Assembly: GCA_963798895.1 (NCBI GenBank)
Contig: CAWCUY010000014.1
Span: forward strand, 364,875-428,874
DNA from: an uncultured Trueperaceae bacterium
GTDB lineage: Bacteria > Deinococcota > Deinococci > Deinococcales > Trueperaceae
Direction of reading: 5' to 3'
DNA: 64,000 nucleotides
Shown here: piece after piece, positions 41,118-50,819 of the stretch
How positions within the stretch are numbered: position 1 is the first letter of the stretch
Layout: every line of letters starts with the position of its first letter
Made by a program: the position numbers and the translations under genes
Notes under the pieces: generated by a model
What the model was told of the DNA's origin: nothing
Seen by the model: only the letters and a program-made list of their open reading frames with translations
Database searches by the model: none

Positions 41118-42913
41118 GCGGTCTCCGGCGCGCGCACGGCGATCGCCAGCTCGCGCAACTGCTGGTCGTCGACCGGCGCCGGCGCGCCCGTGAGCGGATC
41201 GGCGCCGCGTTGGTTCTTCGGGAAGGCGATGACCTCGCGCAGGCTCGACGCGCCGGCCAGAAGCATCACGAAGCGGTCGAGCCCCCAGGCGATGCCCCCG
41301 TGCGGCGGCGTGCCGTAGGCGAGCGCCTCGAGGAAGAATCCGAAGCGCCGCTCGGCGTCGGCGTCGGAGAACCCCAACGCGCGGAACATGCGCTGCTGCA
41401 CGTCGGAGCGGTGGATGCGCAGGCTTCCGCCGCCCACCTCGTTGCCGTTGAGCACGAGGTCGTAGGCGTAGGCGCGCACGCTCCCGGGATCGCTCTCGAG
41501 CTTGTCCAGGTCGGCGTCGTGCGGGCGCGTGAAGGGGTGGTGCATGTAGGTCCAGCCGCGCCCCTCGGACGCGTGCTCGTCGTCGCGTTCGAGCAGCGGG
41601 AAGTCGACGACCCACAGGAACGTCAGCGGGTCCCCGACGAGCGGGATGCCGAGCAGCTCGCGCACCCGCAGGCGCACCGCCCCCAGGGCGGTGCACGCCC
41701 TCGCCCAGGCGTCGGCGACCAGCAGGAGCACGTCGCCGGCGTCGGGTGCCAGACGTGCCAGCTCGGTGCGCTCCGTCGGCGACAGGAACTTCGCCACCGG
41801 GCCCGCGAAGGCGCCCTCGTCGGGCTCGCGCCGGAGCCACGCCATCCCCTTCGCGCCGTGACGCTTGGCGTGCTGCTCGAGCTCGTCGAGCGCCTTGCGC
41901 GACAGCCCGCCGGCGTGCTCGGCGGGCACGCGCAGCACCTTGAGCGCACCCCCCGCCGCCAACGTGGCCGCGAAGCCGCGGAACTCGGTGCCGCGCAACG
42001 CCTCCGACGCGTCGGCGAGCTCGAGGCCGAAGCGGATGTCGGGCTTGTCGCTGCCGTAGCGGTCCATGGCGTCGCGGTAGGCGAGGCGCGGGAAGGGGGT
42101 GCGGACCTCGCGCCCCACCGCGGCCCGCACCACCTCGCTCACGAGGCCCTCGTTGAGCTCGAGGATGTCGTCTTGCTCGACGAACGCCATCTCGATGTCG
42201 AGCTGCGTGAAGTCCGGCTGGCGATCGGCGCGCAAGTCCTCGTCGCGGAAGCAGCGGGCCACCTGGAAGTAGCGGTCGACGCCCCCCATCATGAGCATCT
42301 GCTTGAACAGCTGCGGCGATTGCGGCAAGGCGTAGAAGCTGCCGGGCTGAAGGCGCGACGGGACGATGTAGTCGCGCGCCCCCTCCGGGGTCGACAGCGT
42401 CAGCAGCGGCGTCTCGACCTGCACGAAACCGCGCGCGTCCAGGTGATCCCAGATCGCCTTGGTCACGCGGTGGCGCACCAGGAGCGGCTCGAGCGCGCCC
42501 GCCCGGCGCAGGTCGAGGTAGCGGTGGCGCAGCCGCAGGTCCTCGTTGACCTCGCCCGCGTCGACGCTGCCGTCGATCGGGAACGGGGGCGTGCGGGCGG
42601 GGGAGAGGACGTGAACGGTGCGGGCGACCACCTCGACGTCGCCGGTGGCCATGCGGGTGGTGCGCTGGTCCTCGGGGCGCGGTCGCACCTCGCCCGTCAC
42701 CTCGACCACGTACTCCATGCGCAGGCCCTCGGCGGCGCGGAAGGCGTCGTGGCGATCCGGCTCCACCACGATCTGCGTGATCCCGTAGCGGTCGCGCAGG
42801 TCGAGGAACACCAGCCCGCCCAGGTCGCGCCGGCGGTTGACCCAACCCTGCAGCGTGACCGTCTGGGAAGCGTGGGACACGCGAAGGTCGCCACACGTGT
42901 GGGTTCGTCTCAT
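41114..42913 (-). CDS. aspS: Aspartate--tRNA ligase
   Basis: About 599 aa bacterial-type AspRS with GAD insertion and class II motifs (FRDEDLRADR, GGGSLRIHR). Confidence 0.9.
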   Translation of the reverse strand: MRRTHTCGDLRVSHASQTVTLQGWVNRRRDLGGLVFLDLRDRYGITQIVVEPDRHDAFRAAEGLRMEYVVEVTGEVRPRPEDQRTTRMATGDVEVVARTVHVLSPARTPPFPIDGSVDAGEVNEDLRLRHRYLDLRRAGALEPLLVRHRVTKAIWDHLDARGFVQVETPLLTLSTPEGARDYIVPSRLQPGSFYALPQSPQLFKQMLMMGGVDRYFQVARCFRDEDLRADRQPDFTQLDIEMAFVEQDDILELNEGLVSEVVRAAVGREVRTPFPRLAYRDAMDRYGSDKPDIRFGLELADASEALRGTEFRGFAATLAAGGALKVLRVPAEHAGGLSRKALDELEQHAKRHGAKGMAWLRREPDEGAFAGPVAKFLSPTERTELARLAPDAGDVLLLVADAWARACTALGAVRLRVRELLGIPLVGDPLTFLWVVDFPLLERDDEHASEGRGWTYMHHPFTRPHDADLDKLESDPGSVRAYAYDLVLNGNEVGGGSLRIHRSDVQQRMFRALGFSDADAERRFGFFLEALAYGTPPHGGIAWGLDRFVMLLAGASSLREVIAFPKNQRGADPLTGAPAPVDDQQLRELAIAVRAPETA

Positions 42914-43009
42914 GCGGTCGAGCTTATCAGAGTGCGCCGCCCGCCCCTCGTCCGCCGCCCGCGCCGCCACCGCGTGCCGCCCGCGCTGCGTGGTCCGGGC
43001 GCGGCGGCC

Positions 43010-44266
43010 TCACACGCGCGTCAGGAAGCTCTCGAGCTCGGACGCCGGCACCACCTGCTGCTCGCCGCTCCCGAGGTGCTTGACCTGCACCGTGCCGGCC
43101 GCCCGTTCGGCGGAGCCACGCAGCCCCGCGTAGGTGGCGCCGGCGCGGTCCGCGTCGCGCAGGCCCTTGGCGGGATTGCGCCGCTGGTACGCGTGCTCGA
43201 CGTGGAAGCGCGCGCGCAGCTCGTAGGCGAGCCGGGCGACCTCCGGCACCGCCTCGTCGTCCATCGGGACCAGGAAGAGCACCGGGCGAGCGTCCGGCTC
43301 GAGCGCCACGTCCTCGTGCTCGAGGGCGTCGAGCACGCGCTCGATGCCGAAGGCCCAGCCGACGCCGGGCAGGGGCGGGCCGCCCATGCGCTCGAGCAGG
43401 CCGTCGTAGCGCCCGCCCCCGCCCAGCGCCGATTGCGCTCCGATCCCCTGGTAGTGCGCTTCGAACGCGGTGCGGCGGTAGTAGTCGAGGCCGCGCACGA
43501 TGCCCGGATCGATCTCGAACGGGACCCCCCACGCCCGCAGGTAGGCCTCCACCGCGCGCAGGTGCGCGCGCGCCTCGTCGCCGAGCAGGTCGAGCGGTCG
43601 CTTGAGGTGCGCGACGAGCTCCTGGTCGCCGGGCTCCTTGCTGTCGAGCACCCGCATGGGGTTGAGCCGGAGGCGTTCGCGGCTGGTCTCGGACAGCTCG
43701 CGCTCGTGCGGCTCGAGCGCGTCGCGCAGGTAGGCGTTGTACGCGGCCCGGTCGTCCGGGTCGCCGACCGAGCCGAGACGCATGTGGTGGTGCGTGAGCC
43801 CGACCGCCCCCAGGACGCGGTAGAGCAGCGCCACCGACTCCGCGTCTGCCAGGGCGTGCCGCACGCCCACGATCTCCAGGTTCACCTGGTGGAACTGGCG
43901 GTAACGGCCGCGCTGCACGTTCTCGGCCCGGAACAACGGCCCGGCGCTCCACAGCTTCACCGGGCTCGGCAGCGTGTGCATGCCGTGCTCGATGAAGGAC
44001 CGAAGCACGCCGGCCGTGAACTCCGGGCGCAGCGTCAGGGACCGCCCCCCGCGATCCTCGAAGGAGTACATCTCCTTCTGCACCACCAGGTCGGCCGATT
44101 CCCCGACGGACTTCTCGAACACCTCGCTGTACTCGAACACCGGCGTGGTGAGCTGGCGCGCCCCGGCGCGCGCCAGCACGACGCCGGTCGCCGCGAGCAG
44201 CCGCCGCCAGGCGGGCTGTTGATCGGGAAGGATGTCGTGCGCGCCCTTGACGGCCTGCGGCTTCAT
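43010..44266 (-). CDS. hisS: Histidine--tRNA ligase
   Basis: 418 aa class IIa aaRS with HisRS motifs (MYSFEDRGGR, GGGRYDGL). Confidence 0.9.
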   Translation of the reverse strand: MKPQAVKGAHDILPDQQPAWRRLLAATGVVLARAGARQLTTPVFEYSEVFEKSVGESADLVVQKEMYSFEDRGGRSLTLRPEFTAGVLRSFIEHGMHTLPSPVKLWSAGPLFRAENVQRGRYRQFHQVNLEIVGVRHALADAESVALLYRVLGAVGLTHHHMRLGSVGDPDDRAAYNAYLRDALEPHERELSETSRERLRLNPMRVLDSKEPGDQELVAHLKRPLDLLGDEARAHLRAVEAYLRAWGVPFEIDPGIVRGLDYYRRTAFEAHYQGIGAQSALGGGGRYDGLLERMGGPPLPGVGWAFGIERVLDALEHEDVALEPDARPVLFLVPMDDEAVPEVARLAYELRARFHVEHAYQRRNPAKGLRDADRAGATYAGLRGSAERAAGTVQVKHLGSGEQQVVPASELESFLTRV

Positions 44267-44414
44267 AGGCCGCGAGCATACCGCCGGTGCTCCGGCCCAG
44301 GCAAACGTGGGGACGAAGCGGCGGGGCCGCCATCGTGGCGGCCCCGCCGAGGTTCGGATCGTTGTGGGCCCGGTCGTGCGTGCGCGGCCCGAGGGGACAC
44401 GGGCCAGCCTGCGC

Positions 44415-44780
44415 TCAGGGCAGGTTGGCGGGGATGCCGTTGCTCTGTACGCCGTTCACCACGACGAACACGAAGCCGGCACCGGCTCCCTTGGGGGTGG
44501 GGAACTCGATGCGGTTCGCCGACCAGGTGGTGGCCTTGATGTGGGTGCCGCCGTCGCCGTTGATGTCGGCGCCGACGATCACGTAGCTGTCCTCGTCGCT
44601 GGGGCCGGCCATGCCGTTGCCGAAGTAGCGCCCCTGCAACACCACGGGGCCGCTGCCGGATTGTGGGACCGACACCGAGATGAGCGTCGGGACCACGTTG
44701 TTCTGGACGTCGGTGGTGGGTGCGCAGGATGCCAGCACCAAGGCGAGCAATCCAGTCAGGATCAGGGCAACACGCTTCAC
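44415..44780 (-). CDS. IPT/TIG-like small lipoprotein
   Basis: GTG start preceded by GAGGAGG; lipobox LASC; Ig-like beta sequence; 121 aa. Confidence 0.55.
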   Translation of the reverse strand: MKRVALILTGLLALVLASCAPTTDVQNNVVPTLISVSVPQSGSGPVVLQGRYFGNGMAGPSDEDSYVIVGADINGDGGTHIKATTWSANRIEFPTPKGAGAGFVFVVVNGVQSNGIPANLP

Positions 44781-44892
44781 GCTTTCCTCCTCGCAGGACA
44801 AGCCTAGGTTCGCGCGGCGTCGGCGTCAATGCGATGTTTCATACGCCTGGGCGGCGCCCCGGGTGTTCTGGACCCAGGGTACGATAGCCGGC

Positions 44893-45486
44893 GTGAGCGA
44901 CCGCGCGACCAGCCACTACTTCGCGTACCTGGCCCGCATGAAATTCATCACCCGTTGGGGCCTGATGCGCAACACGCGTGCCGAGAACACGCAGGAGCAC
45001 AGCCTGCAGGTCGCGACCATCGCGCACGCGCTGGCGGTGATCCGCAACCGCTTCTTCGCGGGCGACGTGGATCCCCAACGCACCGCCCTGCTGGCCGTCT
45101 ACCACGACGCCGAGGAGGTCATCACCGGCGACGTTCCGACCCCCATCAAGTACTTCAACCCGCAGATCGCCGAGGCGATGGACGGCATCGAGCTGGTGGC
45201 GAAGCGGCGCCTGCTGGCGATGCTTCCCGAGGCGTTGCGTCCGGACTACGACGCGCTGTTCTTCCATCGCGACGCGGACGAGGCGGCCTGGCGCCTGGTG
45301 AAGCTCGCCGACAAGATCTCGGCCTACCTCAAGTGCGTCGAGGAGGCCAAGGCCGGCAACGCCGAGTTCGCGCGGGCGGAGCAGGTCATCGCGCGCGACC
45401 TCGCGCGCGTCGACGAGCCCGAGGTGCGCTACTTCCTCGAGACCTTCGTGCCCAGCTTCCGCCTCACGATCGACGAGCTGAACTGA
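44893..45486 (+). CDS. yfbR: 5'-deoxynucleotidase YfbR (HD domain)
   Basis: Collinear with E. coli YfbR at roughly 50% identity, estimated by eye (HYFAYLARMKFITRWGLMRN...HSLQVA...YHDAEEV...LKCVEE...FVPSF); start is the in-frame GTG. Confidence 0.85.
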   Translation: MSDRATSHYFAYLARMKFITRWGLMRNTRAENTQEHSLQVATIAHALAVIRNRFFAGDVDPQRTALLAVYHDAEEVITGDVPTPIKYFNPQIAEAMDGIELVAKRRLLAMLPEALRPDYDALFFHRDADEAAWRLVKLADKISAYLKCVEEAKAGNAEFARAEQVIARDLARVDEPEVRYFLETFVPSFRLTIDELN

Positions 45487-45580
45487 GCTCCGGCGGACGT
45501 GCCACGATGGTGCCGTGAGGCCATCGGACGGCGCCTCGGGATCGCCATGGTGGGGACGCGGGCGGACCCCGCAGCGCGAC

Positions 45581-46117
45581 ATGGAAGCGGAGCGGGTGCT
45601 CGAGGTGCTCGACGTACTGGGGCGCGCCGGCGTGCCGCTGTGGCTCGACGGCGGATGGTGCGTCGACGCGTTGTTGCAGCGTCAGACACGGGCGCACGAC
45701 GACCTCGACCTGGTGGTGCCGCGCGCGCGACTCGAGCGCCTCGGCAGCGCGCTCGCGGCGCTCGGGTACGTCGTGGCCGCGCCCCTTGCGCCGCGTGCCG
45801 ACGATCCGGGGGCCTTCGAGTACCTGGTGGACGCGGCGGGGCACCAGGTCGACGTTCATCCGGTGCGCTTCACGGCCGCGGGCGACGGCCTCCACCGGAT
45901 GGAGAACGGCGACGACTGGGTCTACCCGGCCCGGGGTTTCGCGGGCAGGGGCAGCGTGCTCGCCAGGCCCGTGCCGTGCCTCAGCGCAGAGGTTCTGCTG
46001 CACGGCCATACCACCGGGTACGCGCTCGACGCCGCCCACCGCGCCGACGTCGCGGCCCTGGCCGCCCACTTCGGCTTGCCGCTGCCGCCCTACCGTTCGG
46101 CGGACGACGCGTCTTGA
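45581..46117 (+). CDS. Nucleotidyltransferase of the ANT(2'')/Lnu-like family
   Basis: Motif LWLDGGWCVDALLQRQTRAHDDLDLVV matches the GGWGVDALLG-QTR-HxDIDLxV signature of aminoglycoside-2''/lincosamide nucleotidyltransferases. Confidence 0.7.
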   Translation: MEAERVLEVLDVLGRAGVPLWLDGGWCVDALLQRQTRAHDDLDLVVPRARLERLGSALAALGYVVAAPLAPRADDPGAFEYLVDAAGHQVDVHPVRFTAAGDGLHRMENGDDWVYPARGFAGRGSVLARPVPCLSAEVLLHGHTTGYALDAAHRADVAALAAHFGLPLPPYRSADDAS

Positions 46118-46257
46118 CGGGATCGCCCGCGCGGGCGTAGATTCGGCGCGACTAATTATGCCGGGCGCCGGCCTCGGAGCGGGGAACGAGAGAACCCCTG
46201 GTACACTCCGACACGCGCCCGGCTTCGTCGGGCGCCGGTCGACGAAGCGGGGCGGAG

Positions 46258-47658
46258 GTGAGGCGGATGGTCCAGGCTCCCAACATGGAGACGCTGCGCA
46301 CGGAGCTCGAGGCCCTGGTCGCGGAGCGCCGCTTCGACGTGCTGCGCCGGCGCCTGCAGGACCTCGAGCCGCACGACCTTGCCGAGCTGATGGACGGCCT
46401 GCCCCACGAATCGGAGGCCGTGGTGTTCCGGGTCCTCCCGCGCGACCTGGCGGCGCAGACCTTCGAGTACCTCCCGCTCAACGCCCAGGAGAGGCTGCTG
46501 AAGGCGATGGGGGAGCGCGAGGTCGCGCGCATCCTCAACGAGATGTCGCCGGACGACCGCACCGCGCTGCTCGAGGAGCTCCCGGGGAAGGTCACCAAGC
46601 GGCTCCTCAACCTGCTGGACGTCGAGGAGCGCGGCGTGGCGACGAAGCTCCTCGGGTACCCCGAGGACTCGATCGGTCGCCTCATGACGCCGGACTACGT
46701 CCAGATCAAGCCGCACTGGACCGTCGCCGAGGCGCTGGCGCACGTGCGGGAGTACGGCCAGGACTCCGAGACGCTGAACGTGCTGTACGTGACGGCCAAG
46801 GGCGGCCGGCTCATCGACGACATCCGCATGCGCGAGCTGCTGCTGGTCGAGCCCGAGACGTACATCGAGGCGCTCATGGACCGCCAGTACGACGCGCTCA
46901 GCGCAACCGACGACCAGGAGACGGCGGTGGTGGCCTTCCGGCGCCTGGACCGCACCGTCTTGCCGGTGACCGACACCAGCGGCGTCCTCGTCGGCATCGT
47001 CACCGTCGATGACGTCCTCGACGTGGCCGAGGAGGAGGCCACCGAGGACATCCAGATGCTCGGCGGCGTCGAGGCGCTCGAGGAGCCTTACCTCCACGTG
47101 CGCCTGCCGGTCATGGTGCGCAAGCGTGCCGTGTGGCTGGTGCTGCTGCTGGTGGGGGAGATGCTGACCGCCACCGCGCTGGGCTTCTTCCAGGACGAGA
47201 TCTCCAGCGCCGTGGTGCTGGCGTTGTTCATCCCGCTCATCATCTCCAGCGGCGGCAACTCCGGCTCCCAGGCGGCGACCCTGGTGACGCGCGCCATGGC
47301 GCTCGGGGAGGTCACGCTCCGCGACTGGTGGCGGGTGACCCGCCGCGAGCTCGTCGCCGGGCTCGCGCTCGGCGCCATCCTCGGCTCCGTCGGATTCCTG
47401 CGGATCGTGGTGTGGGCGCTGGCCTTCAACGCCTACGGTCCCCACTGGCCCCTGATCGCGGCGACGGTGGCCCTGTCGCTGGTGGGCGTGGTGCTGTGGG
47501 GCTCCCTCACCGGCTCGCTGCTGCCGATCCTGCTCAAGCGCCTCGGGGCCGATCCCGCCGCCTCCTCCGCGCCCTTCGTGGCGACGATCGTGGACGTGAC
47601 CGGCATCATCATCTTCTTCACCGTGGCGGCGGTGTTGCTGTCGGGAACGCTCCTCTAG
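46258..47658 (+). CDS. mgtE: Magnesium transporter MgtE
   Basis: N-terminal domain, tandem CBS domains and a 5-TM MgtE pore domain; the start could instead be the ATG at 46285 (METLRTEL). Confidence 0.9.
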   Translation: MRRMVQAPNMETLRTELEALVAERRFDVLRRRLQDLEPHDLAELMDGLPHESEAVVFRVLPRDLAAQTFEYLPLNAQERLLKAMGEREVARILNEMSPDDRTALLEELPGKVTKRLLNLLDVEERGVATKLLGYPEDSIGRLMTPDYVQIKPHWTVAEALAHVREYGQDSETLNVLYVTAKGGRLIDDIRMRELLLVEPETYIEALMDRQYDALSATDDQETAVVAFRRLDRTVLPVTDTSGVLVGIVTVDDVLDVAEEEATEDIQMLGGVEALEEPYLHVRLPVMVRKRAVWLVLLLVGEMLTATALGFFQDEISSAVVLALFIPLIISSGGNSGSQAATLVTRAMALGEVTLRDWWRVTRRELVAGLALGAILGSVGFLRIVVWALAFNAYGPHWPLIAATVALSLVGVVLWGSLTGSLLPILLKRLGADPAASSAPFVATIVDVTGIIIFFTVAAVLLSGTLL

Positions 47659-48138
47659 CGCAGCCCCGGCGAGGTGGGGGCCGGGCGGCGCGACCCATCC
47701 GGGCAGTGGCGGCGAGGGCGAGCGGGGCCGCCCGCGCCGCGCCGCCGGCTCCGATCGTCCGGGCCGCTCCGGGCGCGCGCGTTCCTCTGAAACGCCGCGG
47801 CCGCCGGGCAAGCACATGGCTCCTGCACGCACGCTCGACGCGTTGGACAGGCCGCTCTGTACGGACGCCGGCGGGGGGGACAGAAGGGTCCGTCTGCCGC
47901 GCCGAGGGCGCGCGCCGCAGCGATCCGCGCGCGTGGGGAGCCCCGCCGCTCCGCGCGGTGTGCGTGGAACCACCCACCGCCGCGGCGCTCGCGTGGGTGG
48001 TCACCCCGATGCCGGGCCGCCGGTCGCTTCGCTAGCATGCCTCCCACGCAAGGACGCGCCGGCGGCCTCCCGCTAGACGGGCGGGACGCCATGGCGAGGC
48101 GTTCCGGTTGGAAGGGCCGTGAGGCACGGGAGGAGCCC

Positions 48139-48438
48139 ATGTATCTGATCCGCGAGGTGCTGACCTGCAAGCCCGGCAAGGTTCGTCCGATGCTGGAGAA
48201 GTTCAAGGCCCTCTCGCGCACGCTCGCCGGCACCGGGCGGCCGCCGCTGCGCCTTCTCACGGACGTCGCAAGCGAGCCGTTCTGGACGTTGATCATCGAG
48301 ATGCAGCTCGAGCGCCTCGACGACTTCGAGGCGGTCGAACGGGAGGCCATGAGCCACGACGAGCTTCGCGCCACCTTCGCCGACTATCACGACCTGGTGA
48401 CGAGCGGACGGCGGGAGATCTTCCGGATCGAGGGCTGA
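48139..48438 (+). CDS. Small alpha+beta barrel protein of about 100 aa (NIPSNAP/Dabb-like), hypothetical
   Basis: Start at the internal ATG (MYLIREVLTCKPGK); the family assignment is tentative. Confidence 0.45.
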   Translation: MYLIREVLTCKPGKVRPMLEKFKALSRTLAGTGRPPLRLLTDVASEPFWTLIIEMQLERLDDFEAVEREAMSHDELRATFADYHDLVTSGRREIFRIEG

Positions 48439-48494
48439 CGCCGGCGGAAGGGTCGGCGTCCCCGCGCGAGCGACGCCGGGTAGGGAGGGATCCC

Positions 48495-49655
48495 ATGCGA
48501 GCCGAGAGTGTCGAGACCGTCGTGATCGGCGGCGGGCAGGCCGGACTGGCGGTCGGATACCACCTGCAGCGCCGCCGCCGCCCGTTCGCCATCCTGGACG
48601 CGTACGAGCGGGTCGGCGATGCCTGGCGCAAGAGGTGGGACTCGCTGCGGCTGTTCACGCCCGGCCGCTACGACGGTCTACCGGGGATGCCGTTCCCCGG
48701 GCCGCCCTCCGTCTACCCGACGAAGGACGAGGTGGCCGACTACCTGGAGGCGTACGCCCGCGGGTTCGAGCTCCCCGTCCGGACCGGCGTCCGTGTCCAA
48801 CGCCTGACGAGGGTCGACGACGCGTTCGACGTCTCCTGGCCGGGAGGCTCGCTCGAGGCCGAGAACGTGGTCGTCGCGACCGGGCCCTACGACCGGCCGC
48901 GCGTCCCGCCCTACGCGGGTGCGCTCGACGACGCGATCGTCCAGCTCCACGCCAAGGAGTACCGCAACCCGACGCAGCTCCGCGAGGGCGGCGTGCTGGT
49001 GGTGGGCGCGGGCAACTCGGGCGCGGAGATCTCCCTCGAGGCCGCACGCCACCGCCACCGGACGTGGTTGTCCGGGCGCGACACCGGACAGGAGCCCACG
49101 CGGGCGGGAACCGCAGCGGATCGCCTGTTCACCCCCGTCATGTGGTTCCTGGCGACGCGCGTGCTCACCGTCAGGACGCCGCTCGGGAGGAGGGTGCGCG
49201 ATCACTTCCTCGAGCCCCCGCGGGGGATCCCCCTGGGCCGCATCCGGCGCGGCGACTTCGCAGCCGCCGGCGTCGAGCGCGTGCCGCGGGTGCGGGGCGT
49301 GAGGGGCGGCGCGCCCCAGTTGGAGGACGGGACCGTGCTCGACGTGGCGAACGTCGTGTGGTGCACGGGGTTCAGCGCGGACCACGCCTGGATCGACCTT
49401 CCCCTGGCGCGCCGTCACGGGCTTCCGGTGAACGACAGGGGCGTCGTGGCGGACTGCCCCGGCCTGTACTTCGTGGGTCTCCCGTTCCAGTACTCCCTGA
49501 GCTCGGTACTGCTGGGCGGCGTGGGGCGCGACGCCGAGCACCTCGTGGACCACCTCGTGGACCATCGCGTTGCCGCGCGCTCCGAGCCGGGCGCGGGGAC
49601 GGCAACGGACCCGGGTAGCGGGCCCGGGGGAGACCTAGCTGCCGTCGACGGGTAG
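48495..49655 (+). CDS. FAD/NAD(P)-binding flavin monooxygenase-like oxidoreductase
   Basis: Two dinucleotide-binding motifs (VVIGGGQAG and VVGAGNSGAEIS); the stop codon lies in the first bases of direct-repeat copy 1. Confidence 0.75.
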   Translation: MRAESVETVVIGGGQAGLAVGYHLQRRRRPFAILDAYERVGDAWRKRWDSLRLFTPGRYDGLPGMPFPGPPSVYPTKDEVADYLEAYARGFELPVRTGVRVQRLTRVDDAFDVSWPGGSLEAENVVVATGPYDRPRVPPYAGALDDAIVQLHAKEYRNPTQLREGGVLVVGAGNSGAEISLEAARHRHRTWLSGRDTGQEPTRAGTAADRLFTPVMWFLATRVLTVRTPLGRRVRDHFLEPPRGIPLGRIRRGDFAAAGVERVPRVRGVRGGAPQLEDGTVLDVANVVWCTGFSADHAWIDLPLARRHGLPVNDRGVVADCPGLYFVGLPFQYSLSSVLLGGVGRDAEHLVDHLVDHRVAARSEPGAGTATDPGSGPGGDLAAVDG

Positions 49656-49936
49656 AGCTGGAGGGTGTGGACGTCGACGCGCGAGCTGCCGGCGCTGGCG
49701 AGGTAGGCGCGGACGGCAACGAGGTCCTCACCGCGCAGCGGGCTTCTGAGGACGTGGTGCAGGTCGCGCTCGGGTGGCGAGCAGCACGGTATCCCAATCC
49801 ACGAGGTGGCGGCTGCCGTCGGCGGAGCTCAGGACGTTGCCGGGGGGGCTCCCCGTGCGTCACCACCCAGTGTGTGTCGTCGAGCGCCAGGGGGCGGGAG
49901 CGAGCGTCGTACGCGCGGAGGCGTCGCTCGAGGGCC
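49651..49936 (-). pseudogene. Direct-repeat copy 1: frameshifted fragment of the phosphotransferase (APH-family) gene
   Basis: 286 bp with about 95% identity to 58668-58957; it encodes ...RRLRAYDARSRPLALDDTHWVVTHGEP and then loses frame through two small indels; it is not a full gene. Confidence 0.8.
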
Positions 49937-49963
49937 TGCAACCGCGCGGCTCGCCCGGATCCG

Positions 49964-50797
49964 CTACCGCGGGGCGGCGCGCTCCTTGGCCTGGTGCGCT
50001 GCCGGGCCCGCCATCCGCCGAACGGCATCGATCGCGCTCAGGGCCGCCAGGAACGACGTGCGAGGGTTGTCGGGGTGCGGGTTCGAGAGTACCTCGACGC
50101 GGATCTCGGCCGCCTCGCCCAGAGCCACGATCTGGTGGCGCGTGCGCGTCGCCGACGGGTCCGACACGATGCGCACCGTGGTGCGGTCGGGGCCGACGCC
50201 CGCCAGGCTCAACGCCGCCGCCACGTTGACATTGGCGGGGAAGCCGCGGATCGCCTCGCGCGCCGTGCCCTCGAACACGGTGACGCTGCGGTCGGCGGGC
50301 AGCTCGATCGCGTTGTCCACCAGGTACGGCGCCCCGGCCAGGCCGCGCGGCGCCTTGGTGCTGGTGATCGACGCCTCCCGCAGCCCGCCCGTCGCCGCCA
50401 GCGCGCGCACCCCGTCCAGGCCGGCGATGCCGCCGCTCGGCAGCTCCACGCGGCCGCCCCGCCGCCGGCGCTCCTCGACCGCAGCCAGGAACGCGTCGTC
50501 CAGCAGCGCGCCGATGCTCATCAGGATCACGTCGATGCCCGCGTCGAGCAGCGGCAGCAGGTGGCTCCGCGCCGCCGGCACGCCGGCGGCCTCGAGCACC
50601 CAGTCGGGCTCGAGCTCCAGGATGCGCGACGGGTCGACGGCCGCGCTCCCGACGCGCGCGGCCACCGCCGCGGCGCGCTCCGAGTCCGCGCCGCGTCCGG
50701 CCACGCCCACCACGCGCACGCCCGGAAGGTGCCCGGCCGCCACCTCGGCGGCCACCTCGGCCCCGATGCCTCCGGCTCCCAGGATCGCCAGCTTCAT
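49964..50797 (-). CDS. Aspartate dehydrogenase-like NAD(P)-binding oxidoreductase (NadX/DUF108 family)
   Basis: MKLAILGAGGIG Rossmann N-terminus, 277 aa, AGGAGGAAGG ribosome-binding site. Confidence 0.65.
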   Translation of the reverse strand: MKLAILGAGGIGAEVAAEVAAGHLPGVRVVGVAGRGADSERAAAVAARVGSAAVDPSRILELEPDWVLEAAGVPAARSHLLPLLDAGIDVILMSIGALLDDAFLAAVEERRRRGGRVELPSGGIAGLDGVRALAATGGLREASITSTKAPRGLAGAPYLVDNAIELPADRSVTVFEGTAREAIRGFPANVNVAAALSLAGVGPDRTTVRIVSDPSATRTRHQIVALGEAAEIRVEVLSNPHPDNPRTSFLAALSAIDAVRRMAGPAAHQAKERAAPR

Positions 50798-50819
50798 ACC
50801 TTCCTCCTGACCATGTCGC

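Noticed and set aside
41210-44539. 1109-aa plus-strand ORF
   Set aside because: It runs antisense to aspS and hisS.
46118-46257. M-box (ykoK) Mg2+ riboswitch upstream of mgtE
   Set aside because: I could not recognise the M-box consensus by eye. It is reported only as an unclassified leader with alternative hairpins.
49372-50028. 218-aa minus-strand ORF spanning repeat copy 1
   Set aside because: It is a chimeric frame made of the frameshifted APH fragment plus antisense of the AspDH gene end. Only the pseudogene fragment at 49651-49936 is meaningful.
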